Shown: one piece after another, positions 1-10,054 of the stretch
How positions within the stretch are numbered: the first letter of the stretch is position 1
Layout: every line of letters begins with the position of its first letter
IMG/VR virus record: IMGVR_UViG_3300025030_000039
Location: 316,878-380,877 of that record
Length of the DNA: 64,000 nucleotides
Origin: a virus
Direction: 5' to 3' (one strand)
Notes under the pieces: generated by a model
Told to the model about the DNA's origin: nothing
Database searches by the model: none
The model's input: the letters and a program-made list of their open reading frames with translations, nothing else
Translations under genes and position numbers: made by a program

Positions 1-2223
1 TTATTAATATTTTTAATCTTATCGATAGATATTTCAATATTTTTATCGAATTTATAAGATAAATTTGATATAAAATAATTAACAACATATTTATTTAGAG
101 AATTATAAATTTTAGAATTAGATTTTTTTAATGCTAAAATTTTAGTTGTAATGTCGGTAATAACTTTTCCAATTTCTGTATCTCCAAAATTTAATTTATC
201 ATAATGTTGACTTACTATTAAATCCTCATATAACTCAAATAAATAAGAATTTTCTAAATATTCATTTATTAAATCGACATTTTTTTTATCTTTAATTAAT
301 TCTTCAGCTGAAGTTATAATTGAATTCCCTATTTTTTTATTTTCTATTTTTGTTATATTTTTTTTATTTATAGCTAATAAATTAAACTGCTTATAATTAT
401 GCAATATTTTTAATTTTAAATGTAATTCTGCATTTAATTTAAAATCTGATAATTTATCTACAGCTACATAATAAGTATCTTTATCTGCTAAAAATTGGTA
501 ATTCCATTTTGCATCAAATAAATTAGTTGTTTTGTTATATGTAAAATCTATGCTTTTCCATTTATCATCAGTATCACATCTATATTTAGAAAAATCAAAA
601 ACAACATACTTAGCTGGAAAATGAGTAATTATAGGAAGTTTTATTCCATTCTCATCTTTTGCTAGAGTTATTTTTAATGGAATAACGTCTTTATAATTAA
701 TTACATTAAATATTTTTTTAATATTATTTAATTCTATAAGTTTTTCATTTTCAAATTCAATAGTTTTAGCTTTAATTGCTATTTCATCTTTAATCATCCA
801 TTTAGGTGGCTTATAAAATAATTCCTTAATTAATATAAATCCATTTTCATTATTTTTTATAATAGATAAATCTCTTTTAATATTTCTTTTTGATGAATCT
901 AATAAATAACATGGTAAAGAATTCCATATTCTTGCATCATAAAATCCAACTTCATTTAATGAATTTTTATTTTCAATATTTTCAACTTTAATATTTTTAT
1001 CTTTTCTAAATATTTGTGTAGATGTAAATTTATTGTATTTAAAACTTACTTCTAATTTTTGATTATTATAGAAAAAATCTGTAAACAATTTATTTTGTTG
1101 TAACCAAGTTTTCATATAATGTAAAAAATTAGAATCTTTATTTTCACTAAATAAATCTACTCCTTGACCATTAATAATTGAACTATAAATTGCACATGCA
1201 TGAATATAATTAGTAGCTTTTTTAATTTCTGTATTAAATTCCTCTTTAAAAATATTTTTAATATATGTAAATCTATCTCTTAAAATTTTATTAGTTTTAT
1301 CAGTATATTGCAAATTTTCTCTGTTAACTGAAATGTCTAATACACCATTATCAAAATATAATATTAAAGTATTTTGAATATTATTATTATAGTGTTCTGG
1401 TATATTTTTATATTCAGCTAATTCATTATCATAAGGGTATGGTATACCGTCTATTGATATGATAGTAGTTTTTTCAAAAGTTTGTTTATTATTTCCAATA
1501 GCATTTGAATTTGAATTAACTTGAGCAATATTGTATTTATTACTTTTGGAAATATCATTATAATATGACAATTTTGGAATTATTATGTTAAATCCTGAAT
1601 ATTTAGGCTGACATTCCCATAATGATGTATATTCAATACATTTTTTTTCGAAGGTATTTCTATCATTTGGATTTATAGGAATAATAATAGATGTACCATT
1701 TAATTCTTGGGTTTCTTCTTGATTTAAGAGAATTATTTTTCCTCTTTTAGATTCATCTATATATGCAGTATAATAATATTTAATTTTATCTACTACGGTT
1801 ATTACATTAAAAATATCTGTATATGAAAACGGAGTTTTAGCACCTAAACCAAATCCTCCTGTCATATAATTTGAATATCTTTTTGTTGATGCTGCATATT
1901 TACAAAATACGTTTCCCATTCTATCTGGGGAGATACCGGGTCCATTATCTTTGAACTCAATAGATAATGATGAATTATTTATTAATTCTTGTCCTTTATT
2001 ATCTCTAATAATTATTTCAATTGGAATATCATTGTGTCCAACTTCTCTATTTGCATCTCTAGCATTTGATGCTATTTCTCTACAAATAGAATCTATTGGT
2101 TTTTTATAAATTTTTGATCGTAACATATCAAAAATTATACCTGTATCTTCTACATTTACTGAAAAATCATATTCTTTAATTTGCCCTTCTGCTTCTGTAT
2201 GAATTGTTGATTGTGGTAATTTC
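1..2223 (-). CDS. GHKL-superfamily ATPase domain protein (HSP90/MORC-like Bergerat fold); extends past the window start
   Basis: Minus-strand ATG at 2223 (MKLPQSTIHTEAEG...) opens a frame that runs to position 1 with no stop. It was not in the ORF track because it is truncated. N-box-like REIASNARDA, G1-like DNGPGIS and G2-like GGFGLGAK are present. Confidence 0.45.
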
Positions 2224-2287
2224 ATATTGCCTATTTATTTATATTTGTTGCCTTTTAAATTAATTATATGGAAAATATTAATTTTGT

Positions 2288-2719
2288 TTACATTTCCGTA
2301 AAACATTTTTTTCTTAATTCTGTAATAGTATAACCTTCTGGTATATCTAATCTTTTTTCATATAAACCTCGTTTAATTCTTCTTATAAATCCTGTTGCTG
2401 TTAGCATATTTAAATATGTGTCCTGTGTAGAATTATTTCTTTCCATATGCTTTAATATTTCATTTCTACATATCTTTTCACCAACAGTTTTAGAATTAAA
2501 TAATATTTTGATATCTTTCCAAACATGTAATTTTTTATTTCTAATATAAGAAATTATATTACTACCACTTATAGTATAATCATTTTGTGTTATTAACGAT
2601 CCAGTAACATAATTTCCAAGGCATATAGGAGTTGTAGTATTATTAATTGTAACGCTAGCCGAGCTAATACCAGTTGTACCTGTTGTAATAAAAGGAATAT
2701 TTGTATTTACAAAATTCAT
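2288..2719 (-). CDS. hypothetical protein
   Basis: ORF in the minus-strand array; no recognisable motif. Confidence 0.35.
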   Translation of the reverse strand: MNFVNTNIPFITTGTTGISSASVTINNTTTPICLGNYVTGSLITQNDYTISGSNIISYIRNKKLHVWKDIKILFNSKTVGEKICRNEILKHMERNNSTQDTYLNMLTATGFIRRIKRGLYEKRLDIPEGYTITELRKKCFTEM

Positions 2720-2724
2720 ATGAA

Positions 2725-2982
2725 TTAATGTAATGGATGAGATTTAGCATATCTATAATTCCAACGTTTTTTTAAGTCTTCAGAATATTCTGAATCATTT
2801 TGATACTTATTTACTACTTCATATAAAGCAGGATAAGCGGATTCTAATAAATTTCTATTTATTGAATCTGCAACAGTCATTGCTTCTATTAAATGAGTGT
2901 AAAATCTTCCCGTTAATTTTAATTGCCACATGCAGAATTTTTCTTCTTCTTCTGTTATAATAGCATCTACAAAATCTTTCAT
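2725..2982 (-). CDS. hypothetical protein
   Basis: Small ORF in the array; stop/start overlap with IF-3. Confidence 0.35.
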   Translation of the reverse strand: MKDFVDAIITEEEEKFCMWQLKLTGRFYTHLIEAMTVADSINRNLLESAYPALYEVVNKYQNDSEYSEDLKKRWNYRYAKSHPLH

Positions 2983-3509
2983 TATTTATTTATTTTAATT
3001 GATTTAAAAAAAAGTAACATTTTATTACCTTCCATCTTTGGACTTCCTTCTGGTTCACCAAGACCATTTAAGTCTTGTATTAATTTAGTTAATAATTTAG
3101 TTCCTAATTCTTTATGAGTAATCATTCTTCCTTTAAAAAAAACAAAGGTTTTTATTCTATTACCTTCGTTTAAAAACTTTTTAGCATGATTTAATTTAAA
3201 ATTATAATCATGCTCATCAGTCATAGGAGTATATCTTATTTCTTTTGTTTTTACTTGAGTTTGATTTTTTTCTTGATCTTTTTTCTTTTTCTTTTGTAAA
3301 TATAAAAACTTTTTATAATCTATTACTTTAACAACTGGAGGATTAGTATTAGGTGAAATTTCAACTAAATCTAAATCTAAATCATCAGCTTCTTGTAATG
3401 CTTCTTCTATGCTACATACTCTTGATTCTATTTCATCTCCAACAATTCTTACTGTTTTTGCTTTTATTTGATTATTTATACGAAAATTTAAATTATCATT
3501 CTTAGACAT
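2982..3509 (-). CDS. infC: translation initiation factor IF-3
   Basis: N-terminal INNQIKAKTVRIVGDE..IEEALQEA..DLDLVEISPN..PPVVKVIDYKKFLY, a KKKKK linker, and a C-terminal domain with KEIR..KL..AKKFL..G.RIK..V.F.GR..H.ELG match the IF-3 family pattern. Confidence 0.7.
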   Translation of the reverse strand: MSKNDNLNFRINNQIKAKTVRIVGDEIESRVCSIEEALQEADDLDLDLVEISPNTNPPVVKVIDYKKFLYLQKKKKKDQEKNQTQVKTKEIRYTPMTDEHDYNFKLNHAKKFLNEGNRIKTFVFFKGRMITHKELGTKLLTKLIQDLNGLGEPEGSPKMEGNKMLLFFKSIKINK

Positions 3510-4140
3510 GGTTCTCTTTTAATTTTTTTATTATATTTTTTATTTGTTCATCAGTTAAATGCGATGGTATTATTTTAAAAAATTTAAACATCTCATAATA
3601 ATTTGGATGCGATTCAGATATTCCTATAAATTTAATTAATTCTTCAATATTAGAAGAATCTTTCAATATTATTGGAATATTATCAACTAATATAATATCT
3701 TTACGTTTAAATTCAATGTTAGCTTCTGGAAATTTTAAAACTGTATTATAAACACCTTCCCACATTTCCTCTGGATCAAAACCTGCTTTATCTTCAAATA
3801 AAATATTGAAATACCATTTATCATTATAATATCCAAAATGTTTTTCATTTATTTCTAAATTTTCATTTTCATATCCAAATACAATATTATTTTCAGCAAA
3901 AACTTTTCTGTATATTTTTAATTCTTCAGGATATGATGAAGTTGACATAATTAATCTAACATCATCTCTATTTGATAAAAATTGTAAAGATTCTTTAGCA
4001 TAAGGATAAAATTCTATTCTAGAATCTCCTTTTTTATAATTAGGTTTAATAACTGTTCCATGTAAATCGAATGCCCAATATGTTTCATACCAATTATATT
4101 TGTCTCTTATCTTTGGTAAATTTTCAATAACTTTTATCAT
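3502..4140 (-). CDS. HAD-like hydrolase (possible nucleotidase/phosphatase)
   Basis: N-terminal FDLHGTV resembles HAD motif I, but the second Asp is not conserved. Weak call. Confidence 0.3.
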   Translation of the reverse strand: MIKVIENLPKIRDKYNWYETYWAFDLHGTVIKPNYKKGDSRIEFYPYAKESLQFLSNRDDVRLIMSTSSYPEELKIYRKVFAENNIVFGYENENLEINEKHFGYYNDKWYFNILFEDKAGFDPEEMWEGVYNTVLKFPEANIEFKRKDIILVDNIPIILKDSSNIEELIKFIGISESHPNYYEMFKFFKIIPSHLTDEQIKNIIKKLKENHV

Positions 4141-4141
4141 A

Positions 4142-4720
4142 TTATTTATTAAAACAACTACAATTTTTAAAATTATTTAATTCATCTAATTCATTCCACA
4201 TATTTGAATATAAGTTTTTTATTTTTAAAGCATATCTAAATATTGGATATTCTTCAACATATAATTTATACATTCTTTTTCCTTTTTCATCGTCACTATT
4301 TTTACTATTAAATGTATTGGAAATCCTATCACATAATTTAATAAATATTGCTAAATCTGATTGCCATATTTTAGGATATGTTTTAAAGTTTTTTTCTTTT
4401 CTACTCCATCCTCTTTCATTAGAAACTCTTAATACTAAATCAGCTATTCTATTATTAAAAGTAGTTGATAATTTTGCAGGACTTGTATCAGTATCTTCTA
4501 TTGTATCATGGAGAGCACATGCAGAAAGTACATCTTCTTTATCATTTTCATTAATATAATAGATATACTCGGTAGCTTTGTTTAGAACGTCATTTATATG
4601 TTTAGAGTATGGAGCATTTCCATAACGTTGAGATTCTGAAGGTAAATCATGTTTATTAAAAGCGTATTCTTTAGCTTTTTCTAATAAATTATTTTTTGTC
4701 ATATTTAATTCTATATGCAA
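4142..4720 (-). CDS. HD-domain phosphohydrolase, SpoT/Mesh1-like small alarmone ((p)ppGpp) hydrolase family
   Basis: H...(ND)V then LSACALHDTIEDTDTSPAKL...F..RIADLVLRVS is the RelA/SpoT HD-hydrolase signature (HD..LHDvvEDT..Va.lV). Confidence 0.55.
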   Translation of the reverse strand: MHIELNMTKNNLLEKAKEYAFNKHDLPSESQRYGNAPYSKHINDVLNKATEYIYYINENDKEDVLSACALHDTIEDTDTSPAKLSTTFNNRIADLVLRVSNERGWSRKEKNFKTYPKIWQSDLAIFIKLCDRISNTFNSKNSDDEKGKRMYKLYVEEYPIFRYALKIKNLYSNMWNELDELNNFKNCSCFNK

Positions 4721-4909
4721 ATATAATAATATAGTTTAAAATTTAAAAATAAATAACTCATTATTTGTTTAATAAAAGTTTAACTTTTAAATAAAAATTA
4801 TAAATTTCTTTAATTTCTATTTCATTGTAATCTTCAGGAACTGAATTTTTACCCATAGCATAATTTGCTAAAAAAATTTTAAATCCAGTTTTTTGGTATT
4901 CAATATTCA

Positions 4910-5122
4910 TTATTTATTATCTAATTTTTTATTTGCAATTGCTTTTTTAATTAACACAGCGCCTTCATAGTTTTCATGAGCAATATTTATTTCAAGTAAT
5001 TCTTCTAATTGTTCTAAATCAAATAACATAATGTCATCATCAGTAAATTCCATTTCAAAATATTTTCCACCATCATTTCCTAAAAAGCCATGTTCTTCCA
5101 TAAAATTTTCTAGTGCATTCAT
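4910..5122 (-). CDS. hypothetical acidic small protein
   Basis: ORF only. Confidence 0.35.
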   Translation of the reverse strand: MNALENFMEEHGFLGNDGGKYFEMEFTDDDIMLFDLEQLEELLEINIAHENYEGAVLIKKAIANKKLDNK

Positions 5123-5173
5123 ATAAGATATTTTTATTTATATATCACCGCGACTAATTAAAATGCAAAATTA

Positions 5174-5500
5174 TTACTCTTCGTTATCGATATCTTTTTG
5201 AGTTTTTGTTTCAAATTTAACTCTTAATCCTTTAAGGTGAGCAAACATATCAACAAAAATTACATCTTTAAGTTTACTTATAATATTATTTGCTTCTTTT
5301 TTATCTATATTATAAATTGATAATCTTTTAACTTTACCAATATATTTAAAATCAGAATTTTGTTTATGATATATTATTAAATGCTTAGTGTCACTATCAT
5401 AAACAAACATAGCATCTTTATTTTCATAAGATGAAATAGATCCATAAGTTGGTCCAAATTCTTCAAATATTTCGTAAGGTAATAATTTATTAGTTAACAT
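5174..5500 (-). CDS. hypothetical protein
   Basis: ORF only. Confidence 0.35.
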   Translation of the reverse strand: MLTNKLLPYEIFEEFGPTYGSISSYENKDAMFVYDSDTKHLIIYHKQNSDFKYIGKVKRLSIYNIDKKEANNIISKLKDVIFVDMFAHLKGLRVKFETKTQKDIDNEE

Positions 5501-5510
5501 ACTTTTTATT

Positions 5511-5714
5511 TTATTTATCCCTTAAAGAAATATTTTCTAATTTAACATGTTGAATAGGAAATCTATCAACAATAGCACATAATCCCCAGCTCGGAAAAAA
5601 TTTATTATAACCTAAAAAATCTAAAGTTCCCCCTATGGTTTGATTTTTGTCTGTAGTATTTTTTATTAAAACTTTCTTATTAAGAAATTTATTCTGGGCT
5701 TCCTGTAATGTCAT
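5511..5714 (-). CDS. hypothetical protein
   Basis: ORF only; overlaps the next ORF by 26 nt. Confidence 0.3.
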   Translation of the reverse strand: MTLQEAQNKFLNKKVLIKNTTDKNQTIGGTLDFLGYNKFFPSWGLCAIVDRFPIQHVKLENISLRDK

Positions 5715-6192
5715 TTGCTTCTTTTATTATTCGTTCTCTTTCTAATCTAGCTGCTTTTAATTCTTCATTTGATTTCCATTCATAATTAGCATCTATATCT
5801 TTAGAACATTTTTCGCATTTTACCATATACCATCTTGATGTGGTTCTACCTATATTTTCTTTAGATCCGCAATCTTCACATGTTTCAAAAGATTCATTTT
5901 CAGCTGCATTTATTAATTCATAAATATAATCATCTCCATGATCTATATAAAATCTTAAGCCTCCAAATTTTTCTTTTATTTGATGAAGTGTAACCATAAA
6001 TTTTTCATCTTCAGGTTTATTATCTAAATATGTTTTTATATTTAACATTAATTTATCTAATATATCATACCAACCATCATTACATTCCATACCAAATAAT
6101 TTAATAGAATGCATAGGGCCTTCTTCTCTTTTTAATTCACCAAAAAATTCTGGATATTTTTCTATAAGTTTTAATTCTAATTCTTCTTTCAT
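5689..6192 (-). CDS. hypothetical zinc-ribbon protein
   Basis: CEDCGS...CEKCS Cys pairs. Confidence 0.35.
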   Translation of the reverse strand: MKEELELKLIEKYPEFFGELKREEGPMHSIKLFGMECNDGWYDILDKLMLNIKTYLDNKPEDEKFMVTLHQIKEKFGGLRFYIDHGDDYIYELINAAENESFETCEDCGSKENIGRTTSRWYMVKCEKCSKDIDANYEWKSNEELKAARLERERIIKEANDITGSPE

Positions 6193-6193
6193 T

Positions 6194-6520
6194 TTAAAAT
6201 AATGGATTAAGTGGATAATATTTTTGTATATATTTTAATAAAATTTGTCCATGACATATTAATTTATCATCATCTTTATATTCGATACATTCAGTACAAT
6301 AACATCCTAATGTTTTATTTTTTAAACTTTCTAATTTATTAAATAATATTTGATTATTTAATAAATATTTTTCATATTCTATAATGGCTTCTTTAACTGA
6401 ATCTACTTTATATTTAGCAAGTGTTCCTTCTTTATGACTGAACGGATTACCCCATATCGAGGGTCTTCCTATATAAACATCGTAATTAGATTTTTTAATA
6501 TTTACTAATTTAGCCATCAA
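6194..6520 (-). CDS. DUF4326-like protein
   Basis: YDVYIGRPSIWGNPF is the hallmark of the DUF4326 family common in phages and giant viruses. Confidence 0.45.
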   Translation of the reverse strand: MMAKLVNIKKSNYDVYIGRPSIWGNPFSHKEGTLAKYKVDSVKEAIIEYEKYLLNNQILFNKLESLKNKTLGCYCTECIEYKDDDKLICHGQILLKYIQKYYPLNPLF

Positions 6521-6920
6521 AATATGTTTTTTCTATATCATTACAATTAATCAAATGTAACATGTCGTAAAGTTGCATATCTACTAATAAAGCTTTTCCA
6601 CCATTTCTATTAATCATTTCTACTTCATCCCACATATCATCAAAGTGTAAATCAAAACCTCCTCTAGCATATTCACCTTGTTTAAATGCTCCATTAGTAT
6701 ATATAACTTTATTCTTTGGAATTTCAAGATATTTAATTACTTGATATAAATCACTATTTTGACTTGACGTTCCTAGTATAGCACCGTTTTCATCTCTTAT
6801 ATAATCATCTTGTCTACTAGTTAACACCCAAACATCAGCTCCAGCTTTAATTAAAAGCTTAGCTAACTCTCTAATATGAGGTTCTGATAATGTCATATCG
6901 TAATCAAATGATATTTTCAT
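6510..6920 (-). CDS. HAD-superfamily phosphatase-like protein
   Basis: N-terminal FDYDMTL resembles the DxDx(T/V) motif I. Confidence 0.35.
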   Translation of the reverse strand: MKISFDYDMTLSEPHIRELAKLLIKAGADVWVLTSRQDDYIRDENGAILGTSSQNSDLYQVIKYLEIPKNKVIYTNGAFKQGEYARGGFDLHFDDMWDEVEMINRNGGKALLVDMQLYDMLHLINCNDIEKTYFDG

Positions 6921-6948
6921 AATATTATATGAATATTGGAAATTTTGT

Positions 6949-7212
6949 TTAAAAATATTTAAAAAAATTATACAACTTTCTAGATTTAAGATAATTTAAA
7001 TTTGTATCATTTAAATATGCTTCCTTTTCAAACGATATATTATAATATCCTTTAGTATAAAATTCTATTAAATAGATAATATAAAAGGGAATTACTAATA
7101 ATTCTAATTGTTGAGTTAAATGTATACGTTCGTGATTAATTAATTCCTTTGTTATTTTTGTATTCTTAGATAAAAATATAAATGGCCATATTGTAATTGC
7201 ATCTGCATCCAT
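6949..7212 (-). CDS. small membrane protein with HExxH metallopeptidase-like motif
   Basis: The ORF-track ORF 6949..7326 overlaps tRNA-Gly (7280..7351); the plausible start is the internal Met near 7212. Contains HERIH plus hydrophobic segments. Confidence 0.3.
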   Translation of the reverse strand: MDADAITIWPFIFLSKNTKITKELINHERIHLTQQLELLVIPFYIIYLIEFYTKGYYNISFEKEAYLNDTNLNYLKSRKLYNFFKYF

Positions 7213-7279
7213 ATTACCTACAAAGAAGCAAAAAAACTTTAACCACTTGTCACTAATTATTATCATATGTTTATATTTG

Positions 7280-7351
7280 AGCGAGATATCAGGATTGAAC
7301 TGACGGCCCTTGGTTTGGAAAACCAATGCTCTACCACTGAGCTAATCTCGC
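7280..7351 (-). tRNA. tRNA-Gly (anticodon UCC)
   Basis: Minus-strand RNA GCGAGAT TA GCTCAGTGGTAGAGC A TTGGT TTTCCAA ACCAA GGGCC GTCAG TTCAATC CTGAT ATCTCGC; all four stems pair. Confidence 0.8.
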
Positions 7352-7358
7352 ATTTTAA

Positions 7359-7942
7359 TTAACTAATTAAAACATCATATAATAAATTAATTTGATATTC
7401 TAAATCTTCTTTTAATCCATTATTATAAATAACATAATCAGAATTTTTAACTCTATAAATATCTGTAATTTGTTGTTTATTAATTCTTTTAATAACATCT
7501 TCTCTTGTACAATTATTTCTCTTTATTACTCTTTCTATTCTTTTTTCTATTGGTGAAACAACAGATATCATTTTATTATAAGAATCTTCATCATTTTTTT
7601 CGAATATAATTGCATTTTCGATAATTACAAATGGCTTTTTTTGTATTTTACACCAATAATCTATTTCTAATTCTACATAAGGATGAATTATTCTTTCAAT
7701 TTTATAAAGTTTATCGTTATCATTAAAAATAATAGAAGCTACTTTTTCTCTATTTAAACTTTTATCTGGGAAATAAACATCACCTAATAAATCAATAACT
7801 TTTTCTTTAATAGCATCATTTAAATATGCATCTCTTGCAATTTGATCTGCATTTAATACTGGAACACCTAATTTTGAAAATAAAAAAGCTACAGTACTTT
7901 TACCTGCACCTATACCACCTGTTAAACCTATTTTTGCCATAT
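7359..7942 (-). CDS. coaE: dephospho-CoA kinase
   Basis: MAKIGLTGGIGAGKST P-loop at the N-terminus and CoaE-like length. The ORF-track 5' extension to 8078 runs through tRNA-Thr and is rejected. Confidence 0.65.
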
Positions 7943-7962
7943 TAAATCTATTTAAAAATTTG

Positions 7963-8036
7963 AGCCTCCAGTAGGATTCGAACCCACGGCCCTCTCGGTA
8001 CAAACGAGATGCTCCGACCAACTGAGCTATAGAGGC
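7963..8036 (-). tRNA. tRNA-Thr (anticodon UGU)
   Basis: GCCTCTA TA GCTCAGTTGGTCGGAGC A TCTCG TTTGTAC CGAGA GGGCC GTGGG TTCGAAT CCTAC TGGAGGC. Confidence 0.75.
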
Positions 8037-8088
8037 ATTGGAGCGGGCTCGGCGATTCAACCGAGGATCATCCCGCATATTTTATTAG

Positions 8089-8160
8089 AGCGAGATATCA
8101 GAATTAAACTGACGACCTGAACATTGGCAATGTTCCGCTCTATCACTGAGCTAATCTCGC
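8089..8160 (-). tRNA. tRNA-Gly (anticodon GCC)
   Basis: GCGAGAT TA GCTCAGTGATAGAGC G GAACA TTGCCAA TGTTC AGGTC GTCAG TTTAATT CTGAT ATCTCGC. Confidence 0.8.
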
Positions 8161-8524
8161 ATTGTGTAGTTTTTGTAATATCCCCTGAACTACTAACAGT
8201 GCTAACCTATGATTTAGAGAACAGTTGCGCATTATTAAGAGGCAGTTCATATCTTCGATCCATTATAGTGCACCATAAGAGGGCTAATTTCTAAATTGTT
8301 GTCTCTCACTGAGTCGAACAGTGATTTTTAGATCCAAATTCTAATATAATAACCATTATATCAAGAGACAATTTAAAATGCGTAATAAAATAAAACAACG
8401 TTTCAACATGTTTCAATTTTATTTTATTACGACTATATAACAATAAGCAGCTGACTACTAATTTCAGCATGTCTCCGTTTAAATTATCACTAACCCTAGG
8501 TGTAGAGAACTTATTATTACATTG

Positions 8525-8604
8525 TGGAATCGGAGGGATTCGAACCCCCAAGTCTTTCGAGCCTGATCTACAGTCAGGTAGGCCACCAATTGCCCAACAA
8601 TTCC
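8525..8604 (-). tRNA. tRNA-Tyr (anticodon GUA), class II with long variable arm
   Basis: GGAATTG ... CCTGA CTGTAGA TCAGG CTCGAAAGACTTG GGGGG TTCGAAT CCCTC CGATTCC A. Confidence 0.75.
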
Positions 8605-8607
8605 AAT

Positions 8608-8880
8608 TTATACTAATTCACTTAAAATTTGCCATTTAAATTTATCTTCTTCTAAATCAATTCTTTGCATTACTAATGCTCTCAATATTCCGTAACTATT
8701 AACTGAAATATTTTCTTTAAATTTATCCATTGCATCATTAATAGATAAAAAACTTATCTTAGGTTCTTTTCCTTCATTACGTTCTATCTTTGTTAAATTT
8801 TCAATTATTTTACATACATTATATTCATTTAATTCATAAGAAACTGATACATAATTTGATATTAAATATAATTTTTTCAT
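8608..8880 (-). CDS. hypothetical protein
   Basis: ORF only. Confidence 0.35.
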   Translation of the reverse strand: MKKLYLISNYVSVSYELNEYNVCKIIENLTKIERNEGKEPKISFLSINDAMDKFKENISVNSYGILRALVMQRIDLEEDKFKWQILSELV

Positions 8881-9179
8881 TTAGATAACTCTTTAAAATA
8901 ATTATAAACTTTTTTAAATATATTAATTTTTTCTTTGATATCTTCTTTAATATTAACTTGGCTATAGCCTATTCCAATTTGATTATTAGCAGTTTGAATT
9001 GTTTCAGTAATTATAACTTCTTCATTTTCATTTTCATCTAAAGAGTTAATTTTTAATCTACCTTCCTCGTAATATGAATAATAATTTGATTTAATTTTTT
9101 CTATAATAAAATTTGAAGGTATTTTACTTTCATTTTCATAAAATATTTTATTGCCTGTTTCAATATGTTCTAATATCAT
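8877..9179 (-). CDS. hypothetical protein (possibly continuous with 9183..9512 through an in-frame TAG)
   Basis: Its ATG is separated from the TAG stop of the upstream ORF by a single GCT codon in the same frame. Confidence 0.35.
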   Translation of the reverse strand: MILEHIETGNKIFYENESKIPSNFIIEKIKSNYYSYYEEGRLKINSLDENENEEVIITETIQTANNQIGIGYSQVNIKEDIKEKINIFKKVYNYFKELSK

Positions 9180-9182
9180 AGC

Positions 9183-9512
9183 CTATTTATTTTGATTATT
9201 AATTTTTAATTTTTCTAATAAATCTTCTGTATCTTTAAGAGTTTTAGCAAAATGTTTTTCTTTGTTTAAAACTCCTTGCCTATTAGCTTCATGCTTATCT
9301 AAATTTAAATTATTCAATAAGTCAGATGCTATTGATTTAGCATTTAAAAGATCATTTGCTTTATAAGTCTTTGAAGGAATATAGGTATCACTTTTATGAG
9401 ATTCTCTTAAATCTATTAGATGACCACAATTATAACTAAAAGATATTTCTTTATTAATGGTTCCTTCTACATAACCATACCTTTTTGTCCATTTTATTCT
9501 AGGCTTTCTCAT
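9183..9512 (-). CDS. hypothetical protein ending in TAG
   Basis: Stop codon is TAG (plus strand CTA at 9183-9185), which is rare in this window. Confidence 0.35.
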   Translation of the reverse strand: MRKPRIKWTKRYGYVEGTINKEISFSYNCGHLIDLRESHKSDTYIPSKTYKANDLLNAKSIASDLLNNLNLDKHEANRQGVLNKEKHFAKTLKDTEDLLEKLKINNQNK

Positions 9513-9804
9513 CTTTAACTATTTTAATTAATTCTCTTAAACTTTCTAATTCAGCCTCTTCATAAGAAGATAAATTTTTCCAAGGAGTACCTTTTATTGT
9601 CCAACTAGTAATTTCACTTTCAGTTCCTCTATTACCGACAACTTTTCTAATAGGAATATGTAAATTATATTTTTCTCTAAACCATCTAAAAGCTTGTTGA
9701 TATAATGGTGCTTTAATGTAAACTCCATTATAAAATGCTAATTTATAATCTTTTATATAAATAGATTTATCATCTAAAAAAAACTGCAAAACATTCTTCA
9801 TCAA
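9499..9804 (-). CDS. hypothetical protein; possible 5' part in another frame (9777..9863)
   Basis: An upstream minus-strand ATG at about 9863 opens MNKEFVPYEETLTLKELGFDEECFAVFF, which hits a T8 tract (9773-9780). The listed ORF continues in the +1 frame. Confidence 0.35.
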   Translation of the reverse strand: MMKNVLQFFLDDKSIYIKDYKLAFYNGVYIKAPLYQQAFRWFREKYNLHIPIRKVVGNRGTESEITSWTIKGTPWKNLSSYEEAELESLRELIKIVKDEKA

Positions 9805-9874
9805 ATCCTAATTCTTTAAGAGTTAACGTTTCTTCATAAGGTACAAATTCTTTATTCATAATTTTTAAGATTTG

Positions 9875-9957
9875 TCGAGTTACAAGGATTCGAACCTAAA
9901 ACTAGATTAATTACTTCTAGTACCACCCTTAATCGTTTTTGGATAAAGGTTAACTCG
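9875..9957 (-). tRNA. tRNA-like gene, anticodon uncertain (atypical: CTAGA/TCTAG stem with 9-nt loop AGTAATTAA)
   Basis: Acceptor CGAGTTA/TAACTCG pairs perfectly and a T-arm TTAGG TTCGAAT CCTTG is present. The D region and anticodon arm do not fold canonically. Confidence 0.4.
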
Positions 9958-9961
9958 TTTG

Positions 9962-10034
9962 TCGGAGTAGCTGGCCACGACCCAACGATCTCCACATCCC
10001 AAATGTGGCGCGATACCAACTTCGCTATACTCCG
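9962..10034 (-). tRNA. tRNA-Pro (anticodon UGG)
   Basis: CGGAGTA TA GCGAAGTTGGTATCGC G CCACA TTTGGGA TGTGG AGATC GTTGG GTCGTGG CCAGC TACTCCG A. The T-loop GTCGTGG is unusual. Confidence 0.65.
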
Positions 10035-10054
10035 ATATTTTTTTATTTAAATTG

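Noticed and set aside
7943-8078. N-terminal 45-codon extension of the coaE ORF in the ORF track (start at 8078)
   Set aside because: The extension runs through tRNA-Thr (7963..8036) and translates to Arg/Gly-rich nonsense. The P-loop Met (MAKIGLTGG) at 7942 is the natural start.
8306-8551. ORF 8306..8551 (-)
   Set aside because: It overlaps the 3' end of tRNA-Tyr and lies in a non-coding spacer with no promoter motif. The translation is low complexity.
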